Source: an uncultured bacterium
Lineage (GTDB): Bacteria > Verrucomicrobiota > Verrucomicrobiia > Limisphaerales > UBA8199
Direction: 5' to 3'
Length of the DNA stretch: 64,000 nucleotides
NCBI GenBank assembly: GCA_963749495.1
Contig: CAVVMW010000014.1
Coordinates: 416,001-480,000, forward strand
A model generated the notes under the pieces. It ran no database searches and was not told the DNA's origin. It saw only the letters and a program-made list of their open reading frames with translations. A program made the translations under genes and the position numbers. Positions 54,163 to 63,436 of this stretch are shown piece after piece; within the stretch, counting starts at the first letter, position 1, and every line of letters begins with the position of its first letter.

Positions 54163-55299
54163 TCAGATATGCTTGTTGTCGCTCTCGTCCTTGACCGTGT
54201 AGCCCGAGTCCTGGCGCTGGAGGTTGACTACGTGCTTCTTGGTATAGGCTTCGAACAATTCATTAGGTGTCATCCCCATCACTTGCGCGAGCGAAATCAG
54301 GAAGTGCAGCAAATCCACGATTTCCACGCGGGCATTTTGTTTGTCGAATTTCTGGTAGTTCGCCCACCACTTCCATGGCACGCAGTCAACCAACTCCGCT
54401 AGCTCCTGGTCCACTGCCCGGCAGTAGTTCAGCATCCATTGCTGGCGCTGGGCGTCATCCATTTTATCCGTATCGACCCCGATCCGGCGGTTGAGCAATT
54501 TCTGGAGGTAAAATATCGCCTCCAATTTGTCAGGGTGCTTTTGGCAGTACGCGCTGAAAAGCTCTTCCGCAGTTTGGTCCAGCGGCAAATGCCCGCCCGT
54601 GCGCAACACTTCGGCCAGCGTGTCCACAACGCGCGGCTCAAGCCGCAGGCCACGATACGCCGCAACCGTTTTCTCGACGTTGTAGGCAGCCCGGCGCAGG
54701 GTGACCTCGCCGTCGTCCCATATTGCGTATGCCGCGCGCGGGTCGCCGTCTTTGGGCTGGCCGACGCTGCCGGGGTTAACCACGAGCGTCCGGCGGAAGC
54801 GCGTCTTCATCGGCAGGTGCGTGTGACCGAGAAACAGGAAGTCCGGGTATTTCACGGTATTCAATTCCGACTCCCAGAGCGTGACCGGGCTGTTTTCCGG
54901 CAGGTAAAGATAGAGCGGGTCCGCGGGCACGGCGTGGCAAGCCACACATATAGCGGAATCAAGCTGGAATCGTTGCAAAGGCTGCAGCCCGGCCAGGAAT
55001 TGTTTCATCTCTGCCGTCAGGACTTGTTGGCTCGCCGCCTGGGTAGCCGCTGCCAGCGCCTGGTAAGCTGCCGAGGAGCGAGAACCCTCGTCCAGTGCAA
55101 CAGCGCGGTCATGGTTGCCTTGCACCAGCCAATCGGGGGTAAGGCTCTGCATCGCCCAGGCCACGCATTCTGCCGGCTGCGGCCCGTAGTTGACCAGGTC
55201 CCCCAGGCACAGAATCTGGTCAATCTGCGGTTCGGCGGCCAAGACAGCTTGCAGGGCGGGCCAGTTGCCGTGAACGTCCGAGATAAGCAATATCTTCAT
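54163..55299 (-). CDS. Metallophosphoesterase (YfcE-like) fused to a dimeric all-alpha dUTPase-like domain
   Basis: SDVHGN, GDLVNYG, GNHD, GHTH, NPGSVGQP; C-terminal ELAELVDCVPWKWW, VEIVDLLHF, YTKKHVVNLQRQDSGY; one uninterrupted ORF. Confidence 0.85.
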   Translation of the reverse strand: MKILLISDVHGNWPALQAVLAAEPQIDQILCLGDLVNYGPQPAECVAWAMQSLTPDWLVQGNHDRAVALDEGSRSSAAYQALAAATQAASQQVLTAEMKQFLAGLQPLQRFQLDSAICVACHAVPADPLYLYLPENSPVTLWESELNTVKYPDFLFLGHTHLPMKTRFRRTLVVNPGSVGQPKDGDPRAAYAIWDDGEVTLRRAAYNVEKTVAAYRGLRLEPRVVDTLAEVLRTGGHLPLDQTAEELFSAYCQKHPDKLEAIFYLQKLLNRRIGVDTDKMDDAQRQQWMLNYCRAVDQELAELVDCVPWKWWANYQKFDKQNARVEIVDLLHFLISLAQVMGMTPNELFEAYTKKHVVNLQRQDSGYTVKDESDNKHI

Positions 55300-56208
55300 A
55301 ACTCGCTACCACAATGAATGCGGTCTGTTTCGCAGCGTTGTGCCATTACCTGCTCCATTAAGTCTCCGATGCTCTGCTGCTGTGCGGGCGGGAACTCCAC
55401 CCGGATTGTTTCGCCGCCGCCTGCCGCGCGGATTTCCAGTTCGAGCTGGGCCAACCGGTCGTTGGCCCGAACCCGGTAACTTTCCAGCCGAGACAGCGGA
55501 CAGTAAGTTACGACGTCGCCGTACTTGTCGGACCGACCGACACGCAACCACGACCAGGTTTTCTCGTCCGAAATCAGAATCAACTCGCGCTCGGTGAGCA
55601 CCAGCATGGCCTGTGGCGCCAGCTCACGCTCAAACCATCGCCTTGCTCTGCCCCTAACGGCTGGCCAGGGCCGCGCGGCCAAGACGCGTTGCGACAAGGG
55701 CCTGAATTCGTGGACAGCATTCCAGAACCTCAACGGTGTCCCCTGAAGCAGCGCATTTAGGCTTCTGTCCTCTATGGGAATGGTTCCGCGGACTCCACTC
55801 ATGCCATCCAACACCTGCCGCGCCGCCTCCCTGTAAACCCGTTCCATGACTGCATTGAATTCGATCATCGCCGACTGCGTGACCCCATCGGTCGCGTAAT
55901 CGAGTTTCAGCCGTCCATAGAGCAGAATCACGGTCAATTCCACGAGCATCGTGTCAACGAAGGCAGCGCGCGCGAGGCGAGGCGGCATTTCTTCCGCGCC
56001 GCTCACAAGCACCCATTCGTCATCGAGCACGGCCAGCAGAGTCGCGGGCGAACACTGGCCGAGCGTTTTGGCGGCTGGGCCGAAGATCATCAACTGGAGC
56101 CGCTGGCCGCCCTCCAGCGCGGCTGACATGGCGCTGCGCAGCGGTTCGGGGGCTTCTTCCACCGTACCTAAGCCGGCAGGCAAATCTATCCCAAAGGAAT
56201 TTCTTCAT
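55296..56208 (-). CDS. Hypothetical protein (probable frameshift at ~56166)
   Basis: 295 aa ORF whose stop overlaps the phosphoesterase ATG; the upstream ATG (MKKFLWDRF) joins by removing one base. Confidence 0.65.
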
Positions 56209-56251
56209 TGGATTTGGCGCTCTCTGCGCGGATGGCGGCTCGCGTCGCCTT

Positions 56252-56293
56252 TTCGCACTCCGCACTCCGCATTCCGCACCGCGCACTCCACAC
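56252..56293. repeat. 6 x 7-bp tandem repeat (TCCGCAC-like)
   Basis: TTCGCAC TCCGCAC TCCGCAT TCCGCAC CGCGCAC TCCACAC, between dynamin A and the hypothetical gene. Confidence 0.75.
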
Positions 56294-56309
56294 TTCGTTG
56301 AGCCATGTT

Positions 56310-58352
56310 TCACCTTCCTGCCGCCGGTTCTGCGGCCGGATATGTCGCCAACCGTCTCAGGTCGGCTTCAACGCTCGTCACGTCAGTTTCGGCGACGGCA
56401 GTGGCTGCCCGCGCTTCCAACTGGGCACTCAGCAGCCCGGCGCGGGCCGCAAACGCATCTCGAAGTTCCAACAACGATTGTCGAAACCACTGCCGCACTT
56501 GCCGGCGGTAGGAATTGAGCAAGTCTGGCAGTGTCTCACCAAGGTGTTGTTCCAATCGCGAGCGGGTGTGGCGGCGCAAGACCGCCGCGCCCAATGACGA
56601 CAGCAACACGGGTCGTTTCAGAACGAGGTTTTGGGTGAACGCCTCGGTGTCGGCGATCGGCGCGCCCGCAGGCGGGGGCAGTTGCTCGGACGTGTCTATT
56701 GCCAACCGCAGTGCCTGGTGAGCCAGTTGCAGTGCCTGGCCCAGTTGCCACCTCATCGAAGACAACTGTCTCACCAATTTCGCCACCCTTTCCGCCAGGA
56801 CCCGGTGCATGGAAAGCGACATTCCCTTGGCGATGGCCGCGCTTTTTCCCCCGGCGGAGAGCCAGAAGTCCGCGAGGTCTGCCGCCGCAGCCTCGATGAG
56901 GTCGTCGGCCAGCGTGGAGAAGCCGTCCACGATGGCGTCACCCTCCCGCTGCGCGGCCTCCAACAGGGCGTCGGCTTTCCGCACGGCGGCCAGGGCCTCC
57001 TGGACGCACTGGCCGGACGGCGCTGGGGACACGTGGGAACTGCGTTGGAGGCGGCTTTCGAGAACCGCGATGACCGCTTCGCGCAACGCGCCCACTTTGC
57101 GTTTCTGCGCGGCAGCGGCTTGCTCGAGACGCGATTCGACCAGCGGCATCAATTCCTCTTCCAGCCATTCGTCGCAGAGAGCGGCACTTTCGCCGAGCAC
57201 GCTAACGAAGTGCGCCCGGAGTTTCAGGTTCGCTTGTGCGGAGAGTTGACGCTCGACGTAATCGCCGGTCTGCCGGCGCTCGGCAGCCCCCAGCAGATCC
57301 GCTTTGCTCACCAGCACCATCGCCTGTGCACCCGACTGGTAGAGGGCATGGACAATGGTCAAATCCTCGTGGGTGATGGTCGAGCCGGCGTCCACCAGCA
57401 CGATGCCCAGGTCGCACCGCGGCAAATAGGCAGCCGTCTCTTCGGCGCCAGCCGTAGCGAGCGAACCCAGTCCCGGCGTATCGACGAATGTCACCCCCTC
57501 GCGCAATCGCGGCGAGGGCAGTTGCGCGCTAATGCGTACGACATGCTTGGCATTCCCTGGATTCTGCTGTTCCGTTACAAACTCCGCCAGACGAGAAAGT
57601 TCGACCACTTGCGGCTTGCCTTCGGCAAACGCGATAATGGCCCGAGCTTCGGCGCCGTAGCTCACCCGGGTGGAAAAGCCGTCACCGGGGTGACGCCCAC
57701 GGGTAAAACCGTGTTCCCCAGCAGATAGTTCAATAGCGACGACTTGCCCGAGCTGACGCGTCCGAATACCCCGATTTCAAAGACCTGGTTTTCCAACCTC
57801 TCCAGCAACATCGCCAAGGCGCTGCGAAATTCGATCAAGCCGTGGGCCGTGACCACGCGCTCCAATTCGCGCAGGAGCCTGGCCTGATCGGTCGTTTTCT
57901 CCAGCCGCGCAAGGCGAGCCTGCAGGTCGGCATCCGGACCCTTGTTCCAGTAAGCGATAAGCCGTTCGAGCGTTGCGTTCAACTCGGCGACCACTTCGTT
58001 GATCGCCTTGACGTCCTCCTCGCTCAAAACGCCGTAGCCGCGCATGCGCTGCGGCTCCATTTCCGCCACCGCAATCTGAGCAAACGTGAATCGCCCGCCC
58101 GCAGCCCACATCGCTCCGCACACGGGAGTGGGCCGGGGCAGTCGGAGGTCGGTCAGGGCACGGTTCATCGCCTGCCGCACCCGCTCGATGTAGTCGTGCA
58201 ACACCTTGCGCTGCACGGGAGTTGAATCCTGGGTGTATTCCGCGAAAGGGGACGTTCGAGCCGGCGGTTGCCAGAATGTGCTCGGCTTCGGACAGGAGAT
58301 TGTCGATGTGCCGGAACGTGGTGAGCAGGTGTCGCTCGTGATTCTCGTTCAT
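56310..58352 (-). CDS. Bacterial dynamin-like GTPase A (frameshifts at ~58255 and ~57672)
   Basis: N-terminal helical extension, G1 GRVSSGKSS, G2 PVT, G3 DTPG, G4 SKAD, helical stalk; three ORFs join to about 680 aa. Confidence 0.85.
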
Positions 58353-59089
58353 GTCAGGGGGAAGATCTCGTGGATGCGCCGATCCAGATCGAGACGCCGG
58401 AGGGCGTAAGGATTGCTGAGATCGTACTTGCCGGTTGCCAGTTCTTCAAAGAGCTCCCGCAGCACCAGTGGGCTGCCTGCTGATCTCCGGTGCAGCCACT
58501 CGACAATGGTGGCCGCCTCAGGGGGAATGAGGGCCGCCTTCAGCGCCGCCTCGACCATTTCCTGCGTCTCCGACAAATGAAACGGGTGCAACTCAACTCG
58601 AGCAAACCGCACCAGCATCGGCCAGAAATGGCCGATGTCCCACGAATGCTCCGAACGCGCGCAAATCCAGACCGGCGCCCCTTGAGCGATGCGCTCGAAG
58701 AACGAACTCAGTTTGGGTGTGGTCCAGCCGACCCCATCAAAAACAACCGTCCTGCCCGCCGCGCGCAGCGATTCCCGCAGCCGCTGCTTGCGCTGGAGGA
58801 GCTTCATCTCCGCGGCATCCAACCCCAGTTGCGGTTCGAGGCTGTCGCAAATCTCTCCCCAATGTGCCGATTTGGGTGAAACCAGCAGCGCGAGGGAATC
58901 GCGCAGATGCGCAACCAGTGCCGACTTCCCGACGCCGGCCTGGCCAAGAATGAGCGCATGCTTGTGTTCCGCACACAGTTCGCAAAGCCGCGCCATTTCT
59001 TTGCGCCGCGCCGCGAATGGAAGAGATATGAGAATGTGACCCGACGTTTCCGCTGGCCTCTTGCTCAGGACTTGTTTCGGCGTTGCCAT
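58349..59089 (-). CDS. Small P-loop ATPase (AAA-like)
   Basis: Walker A GQAGVGKS, Walker B VVFD, SAGSPL; stop overlaps the dynamin A ATG. Confidence 0.8.
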   Translation of the reverse strand: MATPKQVLSKRPAETSGHILISLPFAARRKEMARLCELCAEHKHALILGQAGVGKSALVAHLRDSLALLVSPKSAHWGEICDSLEPQLGLDAAEMKLLQRKQRLRESLRAAGRTVVFDGVGWTTPKLSSFFERIAQGAPVWICARSEHSWDIGHFWPMLVRFARVELHPFHLSETQEMVEAALKAALIPPEAATIVEWLHRRSAGSPLVLRELFEELATGKYDLSNPYALRRLDLDRRIHEIFPLT

Positions 59090-59121
59090 AACTCACTACC
59101 GTTGCGAACAATATCGTTTCG

Positions 59122-59187
59122 GTAGGAGTCGTCAGCCCAAGGGCGGTTTGCCCCGAACCCGTTCGGGGGCAGGCAAACTCCATTGCC
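59122..59187 (-). ncRNA. Fluoride riboswitch (crcB motif) 2
   Basis: Minus strand GGCAATGGAGTTTGCC-[hairpin]-AAACCGCCCTTGGGCTGACGACTCCTAC: P1 GGCAA/TTGCC, pseudoknot GGAGT/ACTCC; 32 nt upstream of the ATPase ATG. Confidence 0.92.
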
Positions 59188-59223
59188 TTTGACACACTAT
59201 CACCCGTTAGCGGCGGACAGGAA

Positions 59224-60525
59224 CTACCTCCGGCTCCCGAACAATGCGCCTCCGTATTGCGCCTTCTTGCCCAGCTCCCGCTCGATGGCCAGCAGCCGGT
59301 TGTATTTGGCGATGCGTTCGGACCGGCACGCCGACCCTGTCTTGATCTGCCCCGCGCCCGTCCCCACCGCAAGGTCCGCGATAAACGCGTCTTCGGTCTC
59401 GCCCGACCGATGCGAAATCACAGCGCCGTAACCGGCCTTCTGCGCCATCGATACTGTCTCCAGTGTCTCGGACACGGTGCCGATCTGATTCAGTTTGATC
59501 AGGATTGCGTTGGCGATTCCATCGCGGATGCCCTCCGCGAAGATTTTCGGGTTGGTCACGAAGTTGTCATCGCCCACGAGTTGCATCTTCCTGCCCAGCG
59601 CCTTCGTGAGCGCCTTCCACCCCTCGCGGTCCTCTTCGCCCATCCCGTCCTCCAGCGAGACGATGGGATATTTCCTCGCCCACTCGGCCCACAACGCCAC
59701 CAGCTCCGCAGGCGTCTTGCGCGACCCGTCCGATTTTTTCATCACGTAAGCGCCCTCGTCCCAAAACTCGCTGGCTGCCGGGTCCAGGGCGATGGCAATT
59801 TGTTTGCCCGCCTGGTAACCCGCCGTTCCGATAGCCTCCAGAATCACGTCCACCGCTTCCGTGTTGGTCTTTAGGTTCGGCGCGAAGCCACCCTCGTCGC
59901 CAACGGCCGTCACCAACCCGCGTTTCTGCAAAAGCTTCTTGAGCGTGTGAAACGTCTCCGTCCCATACCGCAGCGCCTCGGCAAACGTCGGCGCCCCAAT
60001 CGGGAAGAGCATGAATTCCTGGAAATCCACATTGTTGGTCGCATGCGCCCCGCCGTTCAGGACGTTCATCATCGGCGCAGGCAGCACATAGAGCGCGTTC
60101 TCTTCCCCGCCGAAAAGCCTCCGAATGTGCGTGTAGAGGGGCGAAGCCGACTCCGTAGCCGCCGCCCGGCACGCCGCCATCGAAACGCCCAGAATGGCAT
60201 TCGCTCCCAGCTTCGCTTTGGTCTCCGTCCCGTCCAGCTCGCACATCATTCTGTCAATCTCCTTTTGCTCCTGCGGCGATTTCCCCTGCAGCCTCGGCGC
60301 AATCACCGTGTTGACGTTCGCCACCGCTTTCAACACACCCTTGCCGCCATACCGCTTCGGCTCCTGGTCCCGCAACTCCACGGCTTCCCGGATGCCCGTG
60401 GAGGCGCCCGATGGGACGCTCGCCGACGCTGTAATGCCGTTCGACAAAACGACCGTTACCGAAACGGTCGGATTGCCCCGCGAGTCGAGAATTTCCAATG
60501 CGCTGATGTTTTCTATGGTGTTCAT
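59224..60525 (-). CDS. eno: Enolase
   Basis: [74 protein letters not shown]. Confidence 0.97.
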   Translation of the reverse strand: MNTIENISALEILDSRGNPTVSVTVVLSNGITASASVPSGASTGIREAVELRDQEPKRYGGKGVLKAVANVNTVIAPRLQGKSPQEQKEIDRMMCELDGTETKAKLGANAILGVSMAACRAAATESASPLYTHIRRLFGGEENALYVLPAPMMNVLNGGAHATNNVDFQEFMLFPIGAPTFAEALRYGTETFHTLKKLLQKRGLVTAVGDEGGFAPNLKTNTEAVDVILEAIGTAGYQAGKQIAIALDPAASEFWDEGAYVMKKSDGSRKTPAELVALWAEWARKYPIVSLEDGMGEEDREGWKALTKALGRKMQLVGDDNFVTNPKIFAEGIRDGIANAILIKLNQIGTVSETLETVSMAQKAGYGAVISHRSGETEDAFIADLAVGTGAGQIKTGSACRSERIAKYNRLLAIERELGKKAQYGGALFGSRR

Positions 60526-60544
60526 ATCGAGTCCTGTTCTGTGG

Positions 60545-61015
60545 TTATTCAATTTCACCGGGACTGGTTTGGTCCCCGGGAAGTTCATCGGGCTGTTTGA
60601 CGATGAGCACGCTGCAATGGGCGTGGTCACTAATCCGGTCCGCCGTGTCGCCGAGCAGGCGTCCCCAAAGCTCCGAGTGATCGCTGTGGCCGACGACGAT
60701 GAGGTCGTAGCCGGCGCTGTTGGCGAAGGTCACCATTACCTTGGCGGCATGGCCGGCGCGGCTCTCGCAGCCGATGGCGATGCCAAAGCGTTGGGCCACC
60801 TTCTCGACTTCGTGCTTGCGCTCCTGGAAGTAATCGCGCGCGGCATCGGCTTCGCCTTCCGCTTCCCCGGGCAAGTCCGCATGGCGCGGCAGTGGCTGCC
60901 GCACCCAGAGCGCCGTCAATTGCCCGCCGCCCTCACGGGCCAGTGCCGCCGCGCGTTCCAGCGCCGCCCGCCCGCCTTTCGATCCGTCGTAACCGACCAG
61001 GATTTTCCGGAACAT
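60545..61015 (-). CDS. Universal stress protein
   Basis: [44 protein letters not shown]. Confidence 0.93.
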   Translation of the reverse strand: MFRKILVGYDGSKGGRAALERAAALAREGGGQLTALWVRQPLPRHADLPGEAEGEADAARDYFQERKHEVEKVAQRFGIAIGCESRAGHAAKVMVTFANSAGYDLIVVGHSDHSELWGRLLGDTADRISDHAHCSVLIVKQPDELPGDQTSPGEIE

Positions 61016-61022
61016 AATCGCT

Positions 61023-62243
61023 TCACTTTCCCAGGGGCTGAGGTTGGACTTTCACCCTGCCGTTGAGCTTCCGCTGATAAAGCCGGCCCCAGGCCTGCAT
61101 CGTCCGCCGGGACGGCTCGAAGAACTTCGGCGCGATGACGGTGGGCACAAACGCGCTCAGAATGACGACCGTGACGAGGATGGAATACTGCTTCTGGTCA
61201 ATGATCCTGTTTTGCAGCCCGAACAGGGCAGAGATTGTGCCGAAGGTCAGGCCTGTGGACATGAGCAGCGTCGTGTAATTGGCCTCTCGCGGCCGCATGA
61301 AGTATTTCCGGCACAACGGCAGCACGCCCACGAGCTTGGTGGCCATCTTGAGCGCCAGGAGCGCCAGGATAACGCCCGAGGCCGCCGCCAGCGCGCGGAG
61401 CGACACGAACGAACCGGCGCGGATGAAGTAAAAAGGGGTGAAGACCGCGAAGGCGATGCTGCGCATCCGGTGCACCAGTGTCTTGTCGCGCAGGAACACA
61501 CCGGCCACAACCAGGCCGAGGAGGTAGGCGGGGAGCACCGCCTCGCTCTTGGCCGTCAAGGCCAGCCCGCCCAGGAAGAAGAGCACGAGGAAAATGAACT
61601 TAATCTCCGGCTCGCTCGCCCGGGTGGCCCCCAAGCGCACGACGATGTACTGGGTCCACCTGGGCATAAACCACAGCGTCACGCAGGTAACGATGACGAA
61701 CACCAGCAGCCAGACGTTGAAATTGGCGAAAATGAGGCCCAGTGCCAGCACTGTGCCAAGGTCGTTGATGAAACACGCCGCCAGAATCATCTTGCCCAGG
61801 GCCGTCTCGCCTTGCCGCGTCTCAATCATCACGGCATAGACCACGGCGACGGAAGTCGTCGAGAGGGCTATGCCGGCGATTTGGGCCTGGTGAAGGGGCC
61901 AGCCGAGGGCAAACCGCGCGAAGGCCCAGACTCCCGCGAAGGGCAGGAGAAATGCCGCAGTGCCGATGGCCATGCTCGCGCGCAGGTTGGCCCGGAGGGA
62001 TACCGGGTCAATCTCCGCTCCGGCCAGGAAGGTCAGCACGCCACTGCCGAGCATGGCCAGGAAATTGGTCCAATCGGTGGAGCGCAGCAGTGGTTGGCCG
62101 CCGCCCAGGTGGAGGTTGCCCGCAACGACGCCGACGAAGATCTCGGTCAACGCCACCGAGATGCCCAACCGAATCGAGGTGAGGCTGGCTACCAACGCCA
62201 ACCCCATCCAGAGTGCTGCAATAAACCAGATATTCTCAGACAT
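61023..62243 (-). CDS. Cation:proton antiporter (CPA2 / Na+/H+ exchanger family)
   Basis: Many TM segments; LTFLAGAEID, ALSTTSVAVV, AACFINDLGTV, PFYFIRAG; start at MSENIW after GGGAG. Confidence 0.9.
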   Translation of the reverse strand: MSENIWFIAALWMGLALVASLTSIRLGISVALTEIFVGVVAGNLHLGGGQPLLRSTDWTNFLAMLGSGVLTFLAGAEIDPVSLRANLRASMAIGTAAFLLPFAGVWAFARFALGWPLHQAQIAGIALSTTSVAVVYAVMIETRQGETALGKMILAACFINDLGTVLALGLIFANFNVWLLVFVIVTCVTLWFMPRWTQYIVVRLGATRASEPEIKFIFLVLFFLGGLALTAKSEAVLPAYLLGLVVAGVFLRDKTLVHRMRSIAFAVFTPFYFIRAGSFVSLRALAAASGVILALLALKMATKLVGVLPLCRKYFMRPREANYTTLLMSTGLTFGTISALFGLQNRIIDQKQYSILVTVVILSAFVPTVIAPKFFEPSRRTMQAWGRLYQRKLNGRVKVQPQPLGK

Positions 62244-62274
62244 AACTCCCACCTCGCCACATCCTGTGGCGCTG

Positions 62275-62349
62275 GTAGGAGTCATCAGCACTGAAACCGT
62301 TCAGGCGGTTTTCCCCGAAGCCCTTGAGGGGAAGGCAAACTCCATTGCC
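62275..62349 (-). ncRNA. Fluoride riboswitch (crcB motif) 1
   Basis: Minus strand GGCAATGGAGTTTGCC-[hairpin]-AACCGCC-[stem]-GCTGATGACTCCTAC; upstream of antiporter, USP and enolase, which are known riboswitch-associated gene classes. Confidence 0.95.
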
Positions 62350-62355
62350 ACAGTA

Positions 62356-62384
62356 ATTCTGGCCCGCAATGCCCACGCTGGCAA
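62356..62384 (-). promoter_or_regulatory. Sigma70-like promoter for the riboswitch 1 transcript
   Basis: TTGCCA - 17 nt - CAGAAT, ending 6 nt before the first G of the aptamer. Confidence 0.65.
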
Positions 62385-62415
62385 CTAAAATCGTGCCGGC
62401 CTGGTAATCGGTCAG

Positions 62416-62612
62416 TGAAGGCGGGAACGGAGTCCCCTGCGAACCCCTCACCCCAGCCCTCTCCCCTCCGAGGGGAGAGGGAGGATTCTCGTCAGCGGCT
62501 TGAGCAAGCGGAGGCGCCTGGAGTTCAAAGAGACTGCCGGCGCTTCCCCCTCTCCCCTTCGGAAGGGGAGAGGGCCGGGGTGAGGGGTCTGCCCGTGACA
62601 CTCCCGCCTTCA
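62416..62612. repeat. Nested inverted-repeat (REP/BIME-like) element
   Basis: Outer IR TGAAGGCGGGA / TCCCGCCTTCA; inner CCCCTCACCCCAGCCCTCTCCCC...GGGGAGAGGG and CCCTCTCCCC...GGGGAGAGGGCCGGGGTGAGGGG. Confidence 0.8.
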
Positions 62613-62753
62613 GTGAGGCCTTACCTGGCCTGCAAGTCTTGATCGGACAGATCTCGGTGCGCGGCACGACTTCGGCCGGATCCGAAGCTGGCGCCCGGGC
62701 ACGCCGGAACCGACGGCTAGAGATCGCGATAGACTTCTGAACGATGCTGAACC

Positions 62754-62957
62754 CTATAGACGCGATTTGGAAGGACATGGCAAGTGACATGGCTTCCATG
62801 GCCTGAATTTGCCCGCGAGATCATCCTTGCGTGCTTGCCGCAGCTCGCGCATGAGGCGAGGATTTCTTGCCATTAACCAATCCTCCAGTTCATCCAGAGT
62901 GTCCACCGATTCCAGAACCTTGGTCGGAATCTCAATGGGTTCCCGGGGCGTTTTCAT
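62754..62957 (-). CDS. Small antitoxin-like protein
   Basis: 67 aa; DELEDWLMARNPRLMRELRQARKDDLAGK resembles antitoxins of RelE-type toxins; an overlapping ATG (MSFQI...) does not continue as a toxin. Confidence 0.5.
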   Translation of the reverse strand: MKTPREPIEIPTKVLESVDTLDELEDWLMARNPRLMRELRQARKDDLAGKFRPWKPCHLPCPSKSRL

Positions 62958-62970
62958 ATCTTCCGCCAGT

Positions 62971-63294
62971 CTAACGCGAGCCGGCTGTCAATTCAAGCGC
63001 AAGCATGGCCTTTCCGGTGACCTCCCCAAGCCGCCCTATCCTGTGCCCCCGAAGAGAAACGACCACGTGGTCCCCCATCTGGATTCGGTCGATCAAGCCC
63101 CGAGTTCGATGCCAGCCACCGTGTTTGGACTCCCACCTCGTTGCCTGACCCACGGTTGCGCGCTCGCCCCTCAGCCGCCATCCCTGCTTCCCCACCCAGC
63201 CCACGGCTACGCATTGGTTCACGAACCAGTGCTGCCACATGCCGGGGTAGGAGTCCTCCATACAATGAACTTTCCACAGTCGTTCAATGCTCAT
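62971..63294 (-). pseudogene. Truncated N-terminal domain of a probable restriction-type nuclease protein
   Basis: W..W....CVAVGW ... IQMGDHVVV......IGRLGEVTG pattern resembles PUA/EVE-like N-termini of Mrr/NucS-type proteins; stops after 107 aa. Confidence 0.4.
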
Positions 63295-63436
63295 GAATCC
63301 GAGCGTGTGGATAGCTGAACCGTGGGGTCAAGCGGTTGTGGGGCTTTGTTTGTAGTGGCGCGGTGTTCCGCAGGCAGCTCGTCTTGGCGCCCGTCAGGGA
63401 TTGACACGCCATTCCGGCAGCCTATCGTGAGGCTGT

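Noticed and set aside
59224..60630. Longer enolase start at 60630 (and antiporter start at 62291)
   Set aside because: The extensions overlap the USP gene or the riboswitch; ATGs at 60525 and 62243 match the family N-termini.
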